Notes under the pieces: generated by a model
The model's database searches: none
What the model saw: only the letters and a program-made list of their open reading frames with translations
What the model was told of the DNA's origin: nothing
Translations under genes and position numbers: made by a program
In this document: positions 16,173 through 27,954 of the stretch, in pieces
Layout of the letters: the number at the start of each line of letters is the position of its first letter
Position numbering within the stretch: position 1 is the first letter of the stretch
Source: Trueperaceae bacterium
Lineage (GTDB): Bacteria > Deinococcota > Deinococci > Deinococcales > Trueperaceae
Length of the DNA stretch: 64,000 bases
Assembly (NCBI GenBank): GCA_034520945.1
Contig: JAXHNB010000006.1
Span: forward strand, 448,001-512,000
Direction: 5' to 3'

Positions 16173-17126
16173 TCAGCCGGCCGCCACGAACCCCGCCAGC
16201 GCCTCCCGGGTCGGCAGGCCCGGTATGGCGCCGTGCCGCGTGGTGGTCAACGCCGCGTACGCGTTGGCGCGCCGCAGCGCCTCCGTGAGGGCCTCGCGGT
16301 CCTCGTACAGGCGGGGCGCCCGCACGCACGCGGCCAGCATGGCGGCCATGAACGCGTCGCCCGCCCCGGTGGTGTCGACCGGTTCGACGCGGACGCCCGG
16401 CTCCTCGCCCTCGTCGTTCCGCGTGAACCACGCCACCCCCTCCGCCCCGCGCGTCACCATCAGCAGGCGCAGGTCGTCGTGCATCAGCTCGCGCGCCGCG
16501 GCCGGCTCGCGCGAGCCGGTCAGGAACGCCAGTTCGTCCTCGCTGACCTTGATCAGGTGCGCCCGTGGCCACGCCTCCAGGATGGCCTGGCGGGCCGAGG
16601 CGTCGTCCGGCCACAACGCCGGACGCAGGTTCGGGTCGTAGCTGATCGTGCGTCCCGCCGCGCGCGCCACCTCCACGGCGTGCAGCGTCGCCTCCCGCGA
16701 GGGGGACTGGATCAGGCTGATGCTGCCGTGGTGCAGGATGTCCGCCGAGGCGACGGCCTCGTCGTCGATCTCGCCTGGACGGTGCAGCTGGTCGGCCGAG
16801 GGGTGGCGGTAGAACATGAACTCCCGTTCCCCCTCCGCCGTCAGCGTCACGAACGCCAACGCCGTGCGCGCGGCGGTGTCGAAGCGCAGCTGGCGCACGT
16901 CGACGTCGTCGGCCCGCAGCACCTCCGCCAGCCAATGGCCGAACGGGTCGTCGCCGACCTTGCCGATGAATCCGCTGGCGACGCCGAGCCGCGACACGCC
17001 GACGGCCACGTTGGCGGGGGCGCCCCCCGCCGCCTTGATGAAGCGGTCCGCCTGCGCCAGCGTGACGCCCGAGCGGTCGGGCACGAAGTCGATCAGTAGC
17101 TCCCCGAGCGTCCACACCTGGGTCAT
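16173..17126 (-). CDS. PfkB family carbohydrate kinase (fructokinase-like)
   Basis: GELLIDF, GGAPANVAVG, DPNLRPALW, VDTTGAGDAF. Confidence 0.93.
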   Translation of the reverse strand: MTQVWTLGELLIDFVPDRSGVTLAQADRFIKAAGGAPANVAVGVSRLGVASGFIGKVGDDPFGHWLAEVLRADDVDVRQLRFDTAARTALAFVTLTAEGEREFMFYRHPSADQLHRPGEIDDEAVASADILHHGSISLIQSPSREATLHAVEVARAAGRTISYDPNLRPALWPDDASARQAILEAWPRAHLIKVSEDELAFLTGSREPAAARELMHDDLRLLMVTRGAEGVAWFTRNDEGEEPGVRVEPVDTTGAGDAFMAAMLAACVRAPRLYEDREALTEALRRANAYAALTTTRHGAIPGLPTREALAGFVAAG

Positions 17127-17358
17127 GCCCCACGCTACCCCAGGGCCCCGGCAGCGGGCTCCGTGTGCCGCGCGCCGTGCGTGTCCCTCCGTGCGGGGCC
17201 GCGCATCGAGCCGTGGTACAACGGCGGACGGCATGAAGGCCCCTCGGGCCGCGCCGGAGGGCGCCTGGGACGCGCCCCGCTTCGGCCTGCGGGGCCGCGA
17301 CGCGACACCGAACGGACGGGCGCTCCGCGTGCGCCCGCGAATTCGCACGAGGTAGGCG

Positions 17359-20148
17359 GTGGCGATGCACGACACCAACGAGGCGACGGCCGTCCTGAAC
17401 GGGTCCAGCCTGGCGTTTGCCGAGGAGATGTACCTGGCGTACCTCCGCGACCCAGGCTCGGTCCCCGAATCCTGGCGGCGCTACTTCCAGCAGGTGCCCA
17501 GCAACGGCCAGACCGGGCGTGAAGCGCTGGCCCCCAGCTTTGGGCGGCGGAGCCTGTTCCGCGGCGGCGCGGCGGCCGCCGCGACCGATGCCGGCACCGC
17601 GGTGCAGCACCGCGCCGACAAGTTGATCCGCAACTACCGCGTCCGCGGCCACCGCGTGGCCGACCTCAACCCGCTGGGCAGCACCATGATCGAGGTGCCG
17701 GAACTGGACCCGGCGCACTACGGCCTCACCGACGCCGACATGGATGCGCCGGTGCTGGAGAGCAGCTTCCGCAACGCCCACACCCTGGGCGAGGTGATCG
17801 AGGGCCTGCGCGAGACGTACACCCGCTCGATCGGCGCGCAGTTCATGCACATCGACGACCTGTCGGTGCGCCGCTGGCTGCAGGAACGCATGGAGTCGGA
17901 ACGGAACCGCCGCGCCCTGTCGCGCGAGGTGCAGTTGCGGATCCTCACCAAGCTGACCGACGCCGTCATCTTCGAGGAGTTCATCCAGAAGAAGTTCATC
18001 GGCGCCAAGAGCTTCAGCCTGGAGGGCGGCGAGAGCCTGATCCCGCTGCTGGACATGGCGATCGAGAAGGCCGGCCAGCAAGGCGTCGTCGAGATCGTGT
18101 TCGGGATGGCGCACCGCGGCCGCCTGAACGTCCTCGCCAACATCCTCGGCAAGAGCCCCCGCACCATCTTCCGGGAGTTCGAGGACGTCGACCCGGAGAT
18201 GAACCGCGGGCGCGGCGACGTGAAGTACCACCTGGGCTACTCCAGCGACTGGACCACCGAGGAGGGCCGCTCGGTCCACCTCAGCCTCACCTTCAACCCC
18301 AGCCACCTGGAGTTCGTCGACCCGGTCGTTCTCGGCCGCGTGCGGGCCAAGCAGGATCGTGGCCGCGACGTGGACCGCACGCGGGTATTGCCGATCCTGA
18401 TCCACGGCGACGCCTCCTTCATCGGGGAAGGCATCGTGCAGGAGACCCTCAACATGTCCGAACTGCCGGGCTATCAGGTCGGCGGCGCGCTGCACCTGAT
18501 CGTCAACAACCAGCTCGGCTTCACGACGTCCTCTCGGCAGAGCCGCAGCACCACCTACGCCAGCGACGTGGCCAAGATGCTGCAGGCGCCGATCTTCCAC
18601 GTGAACGGCGAGGATCCCGAGGCGGTCGCGCAGGTGATCGAGCTCGGCATGGACTTCCGGCAGCGCTTCCGGCGCGACGTGGTGATCGACATGTACTGCT
18701 ACCGACGGCACGGCCACAACGAGGGCGACGAGCCGGGCTTCACGCAGCCGCAGATGTACGAGGTGATCCGGGCGCGCGAGAGCGTGCGCGAGGGCTACCT
18801 TTCGCGCCTGCAGACCCTCGGCGAGGTCGGGCGCGAGGAGGGCGACCGCATCGCCGAGAAGCGACGCGAGCACCTGGAGCAGGAGCTCTCCGTCGCCCGC
18901 AGCGACGAGTTCAAGCTGCAGTACTCCGCCGGCGAGGGCGTGTGGGCGCCGTACGCCGGCGGTCCCGACGGCGCCGTCCCGGACGAGGAGACCGGCATCG
19001 CCGAGGAGGACGCGGCGCGCCTGCTGCGCGCCCTGTTCCGGGTTCCCGAGGGCTTCACCATCAACCCCAAGATCGCGCGCGGCCTCGAGCTCCGCGAAAA
19101 GATGGCGAGGGGCGAGCGGCCGCTGGACTGGTCGGCCGGAGAGGCGCTGGCGTTCGCCAGCCTGGTGGACGAGGGCGTGCGGCTGCGCATGAGCGGGCAG
19201 GACACCGAGCGGGGCACCTTCTCGCACCGCCACGCCGTGTTGCACGACCCGGAGACCGGCGAAACGTTCATGCCGCTGGCCAACCTGAGCGAGGCGCAGG
19301 GACCGGTCGAGATCCACAACAGCCCGCTGTCCGAAGCGGGCGTGCTGGGGTTCGAGTACGGCTACAGCCTCGACATGCCGGAGGGCCTGGTGGCGTGGGA
19401 GGCGCAGTTCGGCGACTTCGCCAACGCCGCGCAGGTGATCATCGACCAGTTCATCGCCAGCGGCGAGGACAAGTGGCGACGCCTCAGCGGACTGGTGATG
19501 CTGCTGCCCCACGGCTTCGAGGGGCAAGGACCGGAGCACTCCTCCGCGCGGCTGGAGCGGTTCCTGCAGTTGTGCGCCGAGGACAACATGCAGGTCGTCA
19601 ACCCCACCACGCCGGCGCAGATGTTCCACCTGCTGCGGCGGCAGGTGCATCGGACCTGGCGCAAGCCGCTGGTGATCATGACGCCCAAGAGCCTGCTGCG
19701 CGCCAAGGAGGCCGTCTCGGCGTTGTCGGACTTCACCTCCGGCCGCTTCCAGCGGGTGTTGCCCGACACGGTGGACCCAGGGTCGGTGACGCGGATCCTG
19801 CTGGCCAGCGGCAAGGTGTACTACGACCTGGCCGCCGAACGGACGGAACGCGGCCGGGACGACGTCGCCATCGTGCGGATGGAGCAGTTGTACCCCCGCC
19901 CCGACGAGCTGCTGGCGCAGGCGCTGACGCCCTACCCCGAAGGCGCGCCGTTGCTGTGGGTCCAGGAGGAGCCCGAGAACATGGGCGCCTGGCGTACCCT
20001 GCGGGTCGCGTGGGGCGCCGAGGCGTTCGGGCGGCGCTTCACGGGCGTGACCCGGCCCGCGTCGGCGAGCCCCGCGACCGGTTCGCGCAGCAGTCACGAG
20101 TTGGAGCAGAAGGAACTATTGCGCGACGCCTTCGAACGCGAGGCGTGA
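17359..20148 (+). CDS. sucA: 2-oxoglutarate dehydrogenase E1 component
   Basis: [53 protein letters not shown]. Confidence 0.97.
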   Translation: MAMHDTNEATAVLNGSSLAFAEEMYLAYLRDPGSVPESWRRYFQQVPSNGQTGREALAPSFGRRSLFRGGAAAAATDAGTAVQHRADKLIRNYRVRGHRVADLNPLGSTMIEVPELDPAHYGLTDADMDAPVLESSFRNAHTLGEVIEGLRETYTRSIGAQFMHIDDLSVRRWLQERMESERNRRALSREVQLRILTKLTDAVIFEEFIQKKFIGAKSFSLEGGESLIPLLDMAIEKAGQQGVVEIVFGMAHRGRLNVLANILGKSPRTIFREFEDVDPEMNRGRGDVKYHLGYSSDWTTEEGRSVHLSLTFNPSHLEFVDPVVLGRVRAKQDRGRDVDRTRVLPILIHGDASFIGEGIVQETLNMSELPGYQVGGALHLIVNNQLGFTTSSRQSRSTTYASDVAKMLQAPIFHVNGEDPEAVAQVIELGMDFRQRFRRDVVIDMYCYRRHGHNEGDEPGFTQPQMYEVIRARESVREGYLSRLQTLGEVGREEGDRIAEKRREHLEQELSVARSDEFKLQYSAGEGVWAPYAGGPDGAVPDEETGIAEEDAARLLRALFRVPEGFTINPKIARGLELREKMARGERPLDWSAGEALAFASLVDEGVRLRMSGQDTERGTFSHRHAVLHDPETGETFMPLANLSEAQGPVEIHNSPLSEAGVLGFEYGYSLDMPEGLVAWEAQFGDFANAAQVIIDQFIASGEDKWRRLSGLVMLLPHGFEGQGPEHSSARLERFLQLCAEDNMQVVNPTTPAQMFHLLRRQVHRTWRKPLVIMTPKSLLRAKEAVSALSDFTSGRFQRVLPDTVDPGSVTRILLASGKVYYDLAAERTERGRDDVAIVRMEQLYPRPDELLAQALTPYPEGAPLLWVQEEPENMGAWRTLRVAWGAEAFGRRFTGVTRPASASPATGSRSSHELEQKELLRDAFEREA

Positions 20149-20212
20149 GGCGCGTGGAGCCGACATCGCGGAACGGGCGCCGACGTCGTCGCGCGGCCCG
20201 GGAGGAGTAGGT

Positions 20213-21517
20213 ATGGCCGACGTCAAGGTGCCCTCGGTGGGCGAATCGATCAGCGAAGTGTTCATCGGAAGCTGGCTCAAGAAGCCCGGCGAACGCGTCG
20301 AACGGGACGAAGCGTTGGTCGAGGTCGAGACCGACAAGGCGTCCCTCGAGGTGCCCGCGCCCGAATCGGGCGTGCTGGCGGAGATCCTCAAAAAGGAGGG
20401 CGACGAGGCCGAGGTGGGCGAGGTGATCGCTCGCATCACGGCGGGCGAAGGCGCCGCCGCCTCCGGCGCCGACGAGGCCACGGACGAGGCCACCGCCGAG
20501 GAGACGGCCGACGACGAGGCGCCGGAGGCCGAACAGGCCCAGCCGTCCGGCTCCGCTGCGCAGGAAGGGGAGGCGCCCTCCGCCCCGGCCACCAGCGGCG
20601 ACGGCGAGGCCGACGGTGGCGTCATGCCGGCCGCCCAGCGCATGTTGGACGAGCACGACGTCGACGCCGGCGACGTCCGCACCTCGGGCCCCGGGGGGCG
20701 TTTGTTGAAGGAGGACGTGCAGCGGCACCTGGACGAAGCCGACGCGGAGGCGGAGCCTGTGCAAGCCGAGCAGGCGCAGGCGTCCCCGCAGGCCCCGCCC
20801 CCCACCAGCGCCGGCACGCGCCACGAAGAGACCGTCAAGATGAGCCCGCTGCGGCGCACCATCGCCCGGCGCCTGGTGGAGGCGCAACGCTCCGCGGCCC
20901 TGCTGACCACCTTCAACGAGGTCGACATGCAGCAGGTCATGGCGTTGCGCAACGCGCACAAGGAGGCGTTCGAGAAGCGCTACGGGGTGCGGCTGGGCTT
21001 CATGAGCTTCTTCGTGAAGGCGTCGATCGACGCCCTGAAGACCATCCCCAGACTGAACGCCGAGATCCGAGATCAGAGCGTGGTGTTCAAGGACTACTAC
21101 GACATCGCGGTGGCCGTGTCGACCGAGCGGGGCCTGGTCACGCCGGTGATCCGCAACGCCGAAGCGCTGAGCTTCGCGGAGATCGAGACCACCATCGGCG
21201 ACTTCGGGCGGCGCGCGCAGGACGCCTCCCTCACGCCGGAGGAGTTGCAGGGCGGGACCTTCACCATCAGCAACGGCGGCGTGTTCGGCAGCCTGTTGTC
21301 CACCCCGATCGTGAACCCGCCCCAATCCGGCGTGCTGGGCATGCACACCATTCAGGAACGCCCGGTCGCGATTCAAGGACGCGTGGAGATCCGCCCCATG
21401 ATGTACCTGGCGCTCACCTACGACCACCGCATCGTCGACGGACGCGAGGCGGTCACCTTCCTGAAACGCATCAAGGACGCCATCGAGCAACCCGCGCGGA
21501 TGCTCGTCGAGATTTGA
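20213..21517 (+). CDS. sucB: Dihydrolipoamide succinyltransferase (E2)
   Basis: Lipoyl [27 protein letters not shown]. Confidence 0.97.
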   Translation: MADVKVPSVGESISEVFIGSWLKKPGERVERDEALVEVETDKASLEVPAPESGVLAEILKKEGDEAEVGEVIARITAGEGAAASGADEATDEATAEETADDEAPEAEQAQPSGSAAQEGEAPSAPATSGDGEADGGVMPAAQRMLDEHDVDAGDVRTSGPGGRLLKEDVQRHLDEADAEAEPVQAEQAQASPQAPPPTSAGTRHEETVKMSPLRRTIARRLVEAQRSAALLTTFNEVDMQQVMALRNAHKEAFEKRYGVRLGFMSFFVKASIDALKTIPRLNAEIRDQSVVFKDYYDIAVAVSTERGLVTPVIRNAEALSFAEIETTIGDFGRRAQDASLTPEELQGGTFTISNGGVFGSLLSTPIVNPPQSGVLGMHTIQERPVAIQGRVEIRPMMYLALTYDHRIVDGREAVTFLKRIKDAIEQPARMLVEI

Positions 21518-21530
21518 GGAGGCGACGCCC

Positions 21531-22929
21531 ATGCCACGACACGATCTGCTGATCATCGGGGCCGGCCCCGGCGGGTACGTTGCGGCGATCCGCGGCGCGC
21601 AACTGGGCCTGAACGTCGGGCTGGTCGAGAAGGAGCCCACCCTGGGCGGGACCTGCCTGCGGGTCGGCTGCATCCCCAGCAAGGCCCTGCTGGAGTCCAG
21701 CGAGCGCTACGCCGAAGCCCAGCACGACCTCGAGGCGCACGGCATCACGGTCTCGGACGTCACGCTGGACCTCGCCACCATGATGAAGCGCAAGGACGCC
21801 GTGGTGAAGGCGAACACCGACGGCGTCGCCTACCTGATGAAGAAGAACCGGATTGCCCGCTACACCGGGACCGCCGAGATCACCGCACCCGGCACGGTGG
21901 TCGTGCACGCAGACGACGGCGACAGCGAGGCGACGGCAGAACACGTGGTGATCGCCACCGGCTCCCGGGTGTCGACCCTGCCCGGCGTCGACATCGACGG
22001 GGACGCCGTGGTCGACTCGACGGGCGCGCTGTCGTTCGCCGAGGTGCCCCGCCGCTTGGCGGTGATCGGGGCGGGCTTCATCGGCCTGGAGCTCGGCTCG
22101 GTGTGGGCCCGCCTCGGCAGCGAGGTCACCGTCCTCGAGTACATGGACCGCATCCTGCCGGGGATGGACGCCGAACTCGCCCGCGACGCCCACAAGGCGT
22201 TCGAAAAGCAGGGCTTGACCTTCCAGCTTGGGCGCGAAGGTGACCGGCACCGAGGTGCGCGGCAAGGGCAAGAAGCGCACCGTGCGGGTGCACGCCGAAG
22301 GCCAGGACCCCCTCGAGGCCGACACCGTCCTGATGGCGGTCGGCCGCCGTCCCAACGTGGAGGGACTGGGCCTGGACGCGGTCGGGGTCGACACGGACGA
22401 GGCCGGCCGCGTCCGCGTCGACGGCGCGTACCGCACCAGCGTGGACGGCATCTACGCCATCGGCGACGTGATCCAAGGCCCCATGCTGGCCCACAAGGCG
22501 ATGGAGGACGGCGTGGCGGTGGTCGAGCGGATCGTCCGCGGCTTCGGGCACGTCGACTACGACCTGGTGCCCGGCATCGTGTACACCGAGCCCGAAATCG
22601 CGACGGTGGGCGCGTCGGAAGACGACCTGAAGGACGAGGACATCCCCTACCGCAAGGGCGTGTTCCCGTACCAGGCCAACGGGCGCGCGCGCGCCATGGG
22701 CCGCACGGACGGCAAGGTCAAGATCCTGGCGCACGCGGTGACCGACCGCATCCTGGGCGTGCACATCATCGGTGCCCGCGCCGGCGACCTCATCGCGGAG
22801 GCGGTGACCGCCATGACCTTCCACGCCAGCGCCGAGGATCTCGCCCGCACCGTGCACGCCCACCCGACGCTGTCCGAAGTGGTCAAGGAGGCCGCCCTGG
22901 ACGTCGAGGATGCCGCCCTGCACATGTAG
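21531..22929 (+). CDS. lpdA: Dihydrolipoamide dehydrogenase (E3), apparent 1-nt insertion at about 22227 (likely assembly error)
   Basis: GGTCLRVGCIPSK in the first frame; LGAKVTG...GPMLAHKA...HAHPTLSE in the shifted frame. Confidence 0.93.
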
Positions 22930-23028
22930 GGCGGCCGCCGCGGCGTGTAGCGCGTGAAGCCTCTTGTGAACTCGGTCACTGGCACCCTGTGCAACGGAAT
23001 GGGAGGGGTTCCCCATGAAAGGAGCACC

Positions 23029-23577
23029 ATGACCACGGTTTCTCACGCAAGCAAGCACCTTCGCTTCGTCGCGGCGCTCGCCGCGATCGTCACGGTCGTC
23101 GCCGCGCTGGGCCTGGGCGCGGCCGTCGCGCAGGACGGCGAGGTCGTCGAAGTCGAGATGACTGCCAGCGACGGCGTCTACTACTTCGATCCCGTCGGCC
23201 TGCACGTCGAGCCGGGCACCACCATCCGCTTCGTCAACGTCCGCGACGTGCACAACACCCTCAGCTACAGCGAGGACAACGGCAAGCCGCAGCGGATCCC
23301 CGACGGGGCGGACGGTTGGGCCTCCCCGATGTTCACCGAGGAGGGCGGCACCTTCGAGGTGACCTTGAGCGAAGAGGGCGTGTACGACTACTTCTGCCAG
23401 CCGCACGAGGCGCTGGGCATGGTCGGCCGGATCGTGGTCGGCGATCCCGAAGCGTTCCCGGCCCGTGATCCGGGCGAGCTGCAGTTCGACGCCGCCGCCG
23501 ATGCGCTTCCCTCCGTCGACGCCATCATGGCCGACGAGGACGGTCGCTTGACCTTCGAGGAAGCGAACGCCGACTGA
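23029..23577 (+). CDS. Secreted type-1 blue copper protein (plastocyanin/halocyanin-like)
   Basis: Signal peptide; HN and YFCQPHEALGM copper ligands; AAGGAG RBS. Confidence 0.88.
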   Translation: MTTVSHASKHLRFVAALAAIVTVVAALGLGAAVAQDGEVVEVEMTASDGVYYFDPVGLHVEPGTTIRFVNVRDVHNTLSYSEDNGKPQRIPDGADGWASPMFTEEGGTFEVTLSEEGVYDYFCQPHEALGMVGRIVVGDPEAFPARDPGELQFDAAADALPSVDAIMADEDGRLTFEEANAD

Positions 23578-23674
23578 GCCCGGTGCGGGCCACCGGCCCG
23601 CGCACCGGGCGGCCCCGAGCAGCGAGGCCCCGCGCGACCGTCGCGTCGGGGCCTCCCTGCTATCTTGGGCGGCA

Positions 23675-24823
23675 ATGAGCGTCGCCAGCGTAGCCGACTT
23701 CCAGATCCGCGATCCCGCCCTCGAGCCCGTTGCCGACAAGGTCATGTCGGGGGTCCGCCTCACCTTCGAGGATGGCATGATCCTCTACCGCACGCCGGAC
23801 CTTCCGGCCCTGGCGGCGCTGGCCGACCAGGTGCGCCGCCGCACGGTGGGGGACAAGGCCTACTACGTCCACAGCCTGCGCCTGTCGCAGACCAACGTCT
23901 GCTACGTCGGCTGCACCTTCTGCGGCTTCCAACGCAAGATCGGCGAGGAAGGCGTCTGGGACATGGACCTCAGCGACGTGTGGGCGTACGTCGAGGAGCA
24001 CGGCCATCCCGACCTGACCGAGATCCACATCAGTTCCGGCCACCACCCCAAGCGCGGCTGGGACTACTACCTCGACCTGACGCGCGGCTTGACCGAGCGG
24101 GGCTACCAGGTCAAGGCCTGGACCGCGGCCGAGATCCACCACTTCGCGCGCATCGCGCGGCCCAAAGGCACCACCGCGCCCGTCCCCTACCGCGAGGTGC
24201 TGCGCGAACTGCAGGACGCCGGTCTGGTCGCCCTCCCCGGTGGCGGCGCCGAGATCTTCGCGGAACGGGTCCGCCGGCGCATCGCCGCCGCCAAGGTCGA
24301 CGCCGACGGTTGGCTCGAGATCCACCGGGCCGCGCACGAACTCGGCATCCCCACCAACGCCACCATGCTGTACGGCCACATCGAGACGCTCGAGGAGCGC
24401 TTGGACCACATGATGCGCCTCCGCACCCTGCAGGACGAGGCGCCCGGGTTCATGAGCTTCGTGCCGCTGGCGTTCCAGCCGGACAACAACCAGCTGGCCC
24501 GCGAACTCGACAAGACCGAGTTCACCACCGGCGTCGACGACCTCCGCAACCTCGCGGTGGCACGGTTGGTGCTGGACAACGTGCCCCACATCAAGGGGTA
24601 CTGGATCATGATCACGCCCGAGCTGGTGCAGGTCACCCTCTCCGCCGGCGTGAGCGACGTGGACGGCACCATCAAGGACGAACGCATCGCGCACGCCTCC
24701 GGCGCGCGCACCGAGAAGGGCATGACCGAAGCCGAGCTGATCCGGCTGATCCAGGACGCCGGCCGGGTGCCGGTCAAGCGCGACGCGCTGTACGCCGAGC
24801 TCGAGGTGCACCCCCGCGCATGA
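23675..24823 (+). CDS. mqnE: Aminofutalosine synthase (radical SAM, CofH/MqnE family)
   Basis: CYVGCTFC, PGGGAEIF, NATMLYGHIE, LDNVPHIKGYW; coupled to mqnA. Confidence 0.85.
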   Translation: MSVASVADFQIRDPALEPVADKVMSGVRLTFEDGMILYRTPDLPALAALADQVRRRTVGDKAYYVHSLRLSQTNVCYVGCTFCGFQRKIGEEGVWDMDLSDVWAYVEEHGHPDLTEIHISSGHHPKRGWDYYLDLTRGLTERGYQVKAWTAAEIHHFARIARPKGTTAPVPYREVLRELQDAGLVALPGGGAEIFAERVRRRIAAAKVDADGWLEIHRAAHELGIPTNATMLYGHIETLEERLDHMMRLRTLQDEAPGFMSFVPLAFQPDNNQLARELDKTEFTTGVDDLRNLAVARLVLDNVPHIKGYWIMITPELVQVTLSAGVSDVDGTIKDERIAHASGARTEKGMTEAELIRLIQDAGRVPVKRDALYAELEVHPRA

Positions 24824-25707
24824 CCGGCGATCCGAACCCCGCGCCCGGCGACGGCGCGCGCCCGGCCCCGCAGGGCGCCCAGGCCGGCCCGCGCGAAGAG
24901 CGCCTCGGCATCGTGTCGTTCACCAACGTGGCGCCCCTCCACCACGGGCTCGAGCCGTGGGACGAGGACGGGCACCGCGCCCGCTTCGTCCGTGGCGTCC
25001 CCAGCGAGCTGAACCGCCTGCTGCTGGAGGGCGAGATCGACCTCACCCTGATCTCGTCGATCGAGTTCCTGCGCCACGCGGACCGACTGCGCGCCCTCCC
25101 GGACTTCTCCATCGCCACCCTCGGCCCGGCCTACAGCGTGACGCTGTTCCACTGGCGACCGTGGGCGGAGCTGCAGGGCGCCCGCATCGCCGTCAGCACC
25201 GACTCCGCCACCAGCGTCCGCCTGCTGGAGGTCCTGCTGGAACGCGACGGCATGCGGGCCGAGATGGTGCCCACGCCGCCCGACCTGCCGCACATGATGC
25301 GCAGCTACGACGCCGCGCTGCTGATCGGCGACGCGGCGTTGCGCGAAGGGGTGGCCCGCCGCCGCATCGGCGGCCGTGCCCCAGGCATGACCGACCTGGG
25401 CGAGGCGTGGTACGCCCGCACCCGCCTGCCGTTCACGTTCGCGGTGTGGGCCTCGCCGGCCGACCGGCCCCCCTCGGCGCGGATGGTCGCCAAGCTGCGC
25501 GCCGCCCGCGAGCACGGCTTGGGGCACCTCGAGGAGGTGGCCGCCGCAGCCGCGGACCGCATCGGCGTGAGCCCCTCGGTGATGCTGCGCTACCTGGCGA
25601 ACTTCCGCTACCACCTGCTGCCGCCGGACCGCGACGGCCTGGCCGCCTTCGGCCAGTGGGCCATTCCAGGGTTCCGCCCCGAACGGTTGCGGTACTTCGC
25701 CAGGTAG
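24820..25707 (+). CDS. mqnA: Chorismate dehydratase (futalosine pathway)
   Basis: FTNVAPL, GVPSELN, SATSVRLL, LLIGDAAL, DLGEAW...LPFTFAVW; ATGA overlap. Confidence 0.88.
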   Translation: MTGDPNPAPGDGARPAPQGAQAGPREERLGIVSFTNVAPLHHGLEPWDEDGHRARFVRGVPSELNRLLLEGEIDLTLISSIEFLRHADRLRALPDFSIATLGPAYSVTLFHWRPWAELQGARIAVSTDSATSVRLLEVLLERDGMRAEMVPTPPDLPHMMRSYDAALLIGDAALREGVARRRIGGRAPGMTDLGEAWYARTRLPFTFAVWASPADRPPSARMVAKLRAAREHGLGHLEEVAAAAADRIGVSPSVMLRYLANFRYHLLPPDRDGLAAFGQWAIPGFRPERLRYFAR

Positions 25708-25758
25708 ACCCGTCACGGCCGGGACGGCCCACCACGCGTTAGACTCCGCTGGGTCGAC

Positions 25759-27906
25759 ATGAGCCACGACACGATGGAACGCCCTTCTCTGCCTACCACC
25801 TCACGACTCCTGCCCGGACGCCCTCATCCGCTGGGGGCGAGCTTCGACGGTCAGGGCGTGAACTTCGTGTTGGCCTCCGAACGGGCGGAGGGGGTGGAGC
25901 TGTTGCTGTACGCCGACCCCGAGGACGCCGAACCGTCGGCGGTCCTGCCGCTGCGTGAGCGGACCGGCCCCGTGTGGCACGGCTACCTGCCGGGCGCCCG
26001 CCCCGGCACGTTGTACGCCTACCGTGTTCACGGCCCGTGGGACCCCGCCCGCGGGCTTCGCTTCGACCCCGCCAAGGTGTTGTTGGACCCCTACGCCCGC
26101 GCGTTGGGGCGGACGCTCCGCTGGCACGAGAACTTCCTGCCCCGCGACCCCTACGGGCCCGAGCCCGACGGTCGCTCCACCGCCGCGTGGGCGCCGCTCG
26201 GGGTGGTGACCCACGACCGCTTCGATTGGGGCGACGACGCGCGCCCCGACGTGCCGTGGACCGAGACGGTGATCTACGAGACGCACGTGCGCGGCCTCAC
26301 CATGCTGCACCCGGACGTTCCCCCGGAGCTACGGGGGACCTACCTGGGCCTGGCCAGCGAACCGGTGACCCAGCACCTGCGCGCGCTGGGGGTCACCACC
26401 GTCTCGCTCCTCCCGGTGCACGCCTTCACCACCGAGCCGCACCTGCAGGACAAGGGCCTGACGAACTACTGGGGTTACAACTCGCTGTCCTACTTCGCGC
26501 CGGAGCCCCGCTACGCCGCCGGCGATCCGACCGAGGCGGTGAACGAATTCAAGCGCATGGTGCGGGCGTTGCACCGCGCCGGCCTCGAGGTCCTGATCGA
26601 CGTGGTGTACAACCACACCGCCGAAGGGGGGCCGGACGGCCCCACGCTGTCGTGGCGCGGCATCGACGACCTCGGCTACTACAAGCACGCCCAGGGCGAC
26701 CCCGGCCGGTACATGGACTACGCCGGGACCGGCAACACGCTGGACGTCGGCGACCCGCACGCGCTGCGGATGGTGACCGACAGCCTGCGGACGTGGGCGC
26801 AGGAGATGCGCGTGGACGGCTTCCGCTTCGATCTGGCGCCGGTGTTGTCGCGCGCGTCGCACGAGGTGGACATGGGTTCCACCTTCTTCGACGTCGTGCA
26901 GCAGGACCCCGTCCTGAGCGGCCTCAAGCTGATCGCCGAACCGTGGGACATCGGGCCGAACGGCTACCAGGTCGGCAACTTCCCCTGGCACTGGGCGGAA
27001 TGGAACGGCCGCTACCGGGACGCGGTGCGGGCGTACTGGCGCGGCGAGGGCGCCCTGGTCGGCGAGCTCGCCACGCGCGTGGCCGGCAGCTCCGACCTGT
27101 TCGACGCCCGGGGGCGCCGGCCGCACGCCTCGATCAACTTCGTCACCGCGCACGACGGCATGACGATGCACGACCTGGTGTCGTACGCACGCAAGCACAA
27201 CGAAGCCAACGGCGAGAACAACCGCGACGGACACCAACCGCCCCTGTCGCAGAACTTCGGCGTGGAGGGCCCCAGCAGCGACGCGCGCGTGCGGGCGCGC
27301 CGGATGCGCGCCAAGCGAAGCCTGATGGGCACGCTGCTGACGTCGCAGGGCGTTCCCATGCTGCTGGGCGGCGACGAGCTGTCCCGCACCCAGCAGGGGA
27401 ACAACAACGCCTACTGCCAGGACAACGAGCTCAGCTGGTACCACTGGGAGCTCGACGACGACGGCCGCGCGTTCCTCGACTTCGTGCGCCGCATGATTGC
27501 GTTCCGGCGGTCCCATCCCGTGCTGCACCAGCGGGACTTCCTGACCGGCGAAGCTGGACGCGCACGGACGCAAGGACGTCTCCTGGTGGAGCGCCACCGG
27601 CAAGGAGATGACCAAGGCCACCTGGCGTCAAACGGCGCGCACCTCGCTCGGCATGATGTTGTGCGCGTGCGCGCGCCGCGGGACGTGGACCCTTCGGAGC
27701 CGGCGGAGCAGACGGTGCTGGTGGTGTTCCACGGGCGCCGGCCGTCGTGGTTCACGTTGCCCGCCCCGCCGGCGGGCGTGGCGGGGTGGCGGTTGGCGTT
27801 CGGCCCGAACGGCGAAGCGCCCGGCCGGAGCTACGACCCCGGGGAGAAGCTGCGCGGCGTCGTGGACGGCCTCACGGTGTTGACGGGCGTGCCCGACGAC
27901 GGCTGA
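25759..27906 (+). CDS. glgX: Glycogen debranching enzyme (isoamylase), with a compensated frameshifted segment near 27553-27680
   Basis: [47 protein letters not shown]. Confidence 0.93.
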   Translation: MSHDTMERPSLPTTSRLLPGRPHPLGASFDGQGVNFVLASERAEGVELLLYADPEDAEPSAVLPLRERTGPVWHGYLPGARPGTLYAYRVHGPWDPARGLRFDPAKVLLDPYARALGRTLRWHENFLPRDPYGPEPDGRSTAAWAPLGVVTHDRFDWGDDARPDVPWTETVIYETHVRGLTMLHPDVPPELRGTYLGLASEPVTQHLRALGVTTVSLLPVHAFTTEPHLQDKGLTNYWGYNSLSYFAPEPRYAAGDPTEAVNEFKRMVRALHRAGLEVLIDVVYNHTAEGGPDGPTLSWRGIDDLGYYKHAQGDPGRYMDYAGTGNTLDVGDPHALRMVTDSLRTWAQEMRVDGFRFDLAPVLSRASHEVDMGSTFFDVVQQDPVLSGLKLIAEPWDIGPNGYQVGNFPWHWAEWNGRYRDAVRAYWRGEGALVGELATRVAGSSDLFDARGRRPHASINFVTAHDGMTMHDLVSYARKHNEANGENNRDGHQPPLSQNFGVEGPSSDARVRARRMRAKRSLMGTLLTSQGVPMLLGGDELSRTQQGNNNAYCQDNELSWYHWELDDDGRAFLDFVRRMIAFRRSHPVLHQRDFLTGEAGRARTQGRLLVERHRQGDDQGHLASNGAHLARHDVVRVRAPRDVDPSEPAEQTVLVVFHGRRPSWFTLPAPPAGVAGWRLAFGPNGEAPGRSYDPGEKLRGVVDGLTVLTGVPDDG

Positions 27907-27954
27907 GAAAGCCTTCGCGGGGCCCGCTCCCCCCGGCCCTGCACGGCCGGTCGC

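Noticed and set aside
16111..20097. 1328-aa minus-strand ORF and similar long antisense or alternate-frame ORFs (e.g. 1944-4466, 51531-54476, 53296-56067, 58271-60973)
   Set aside because: Shadow ORFs of well-supported genes; high GC suppresses stop codons and the translations lack family motifs
20460..20610. Repetitive GACGAGGCC-type sequence in sucB (similar at the hslV 3' end)
   Set aside because: Encodes ordinary acidic low-complexity linkers, not a DNA repeat element
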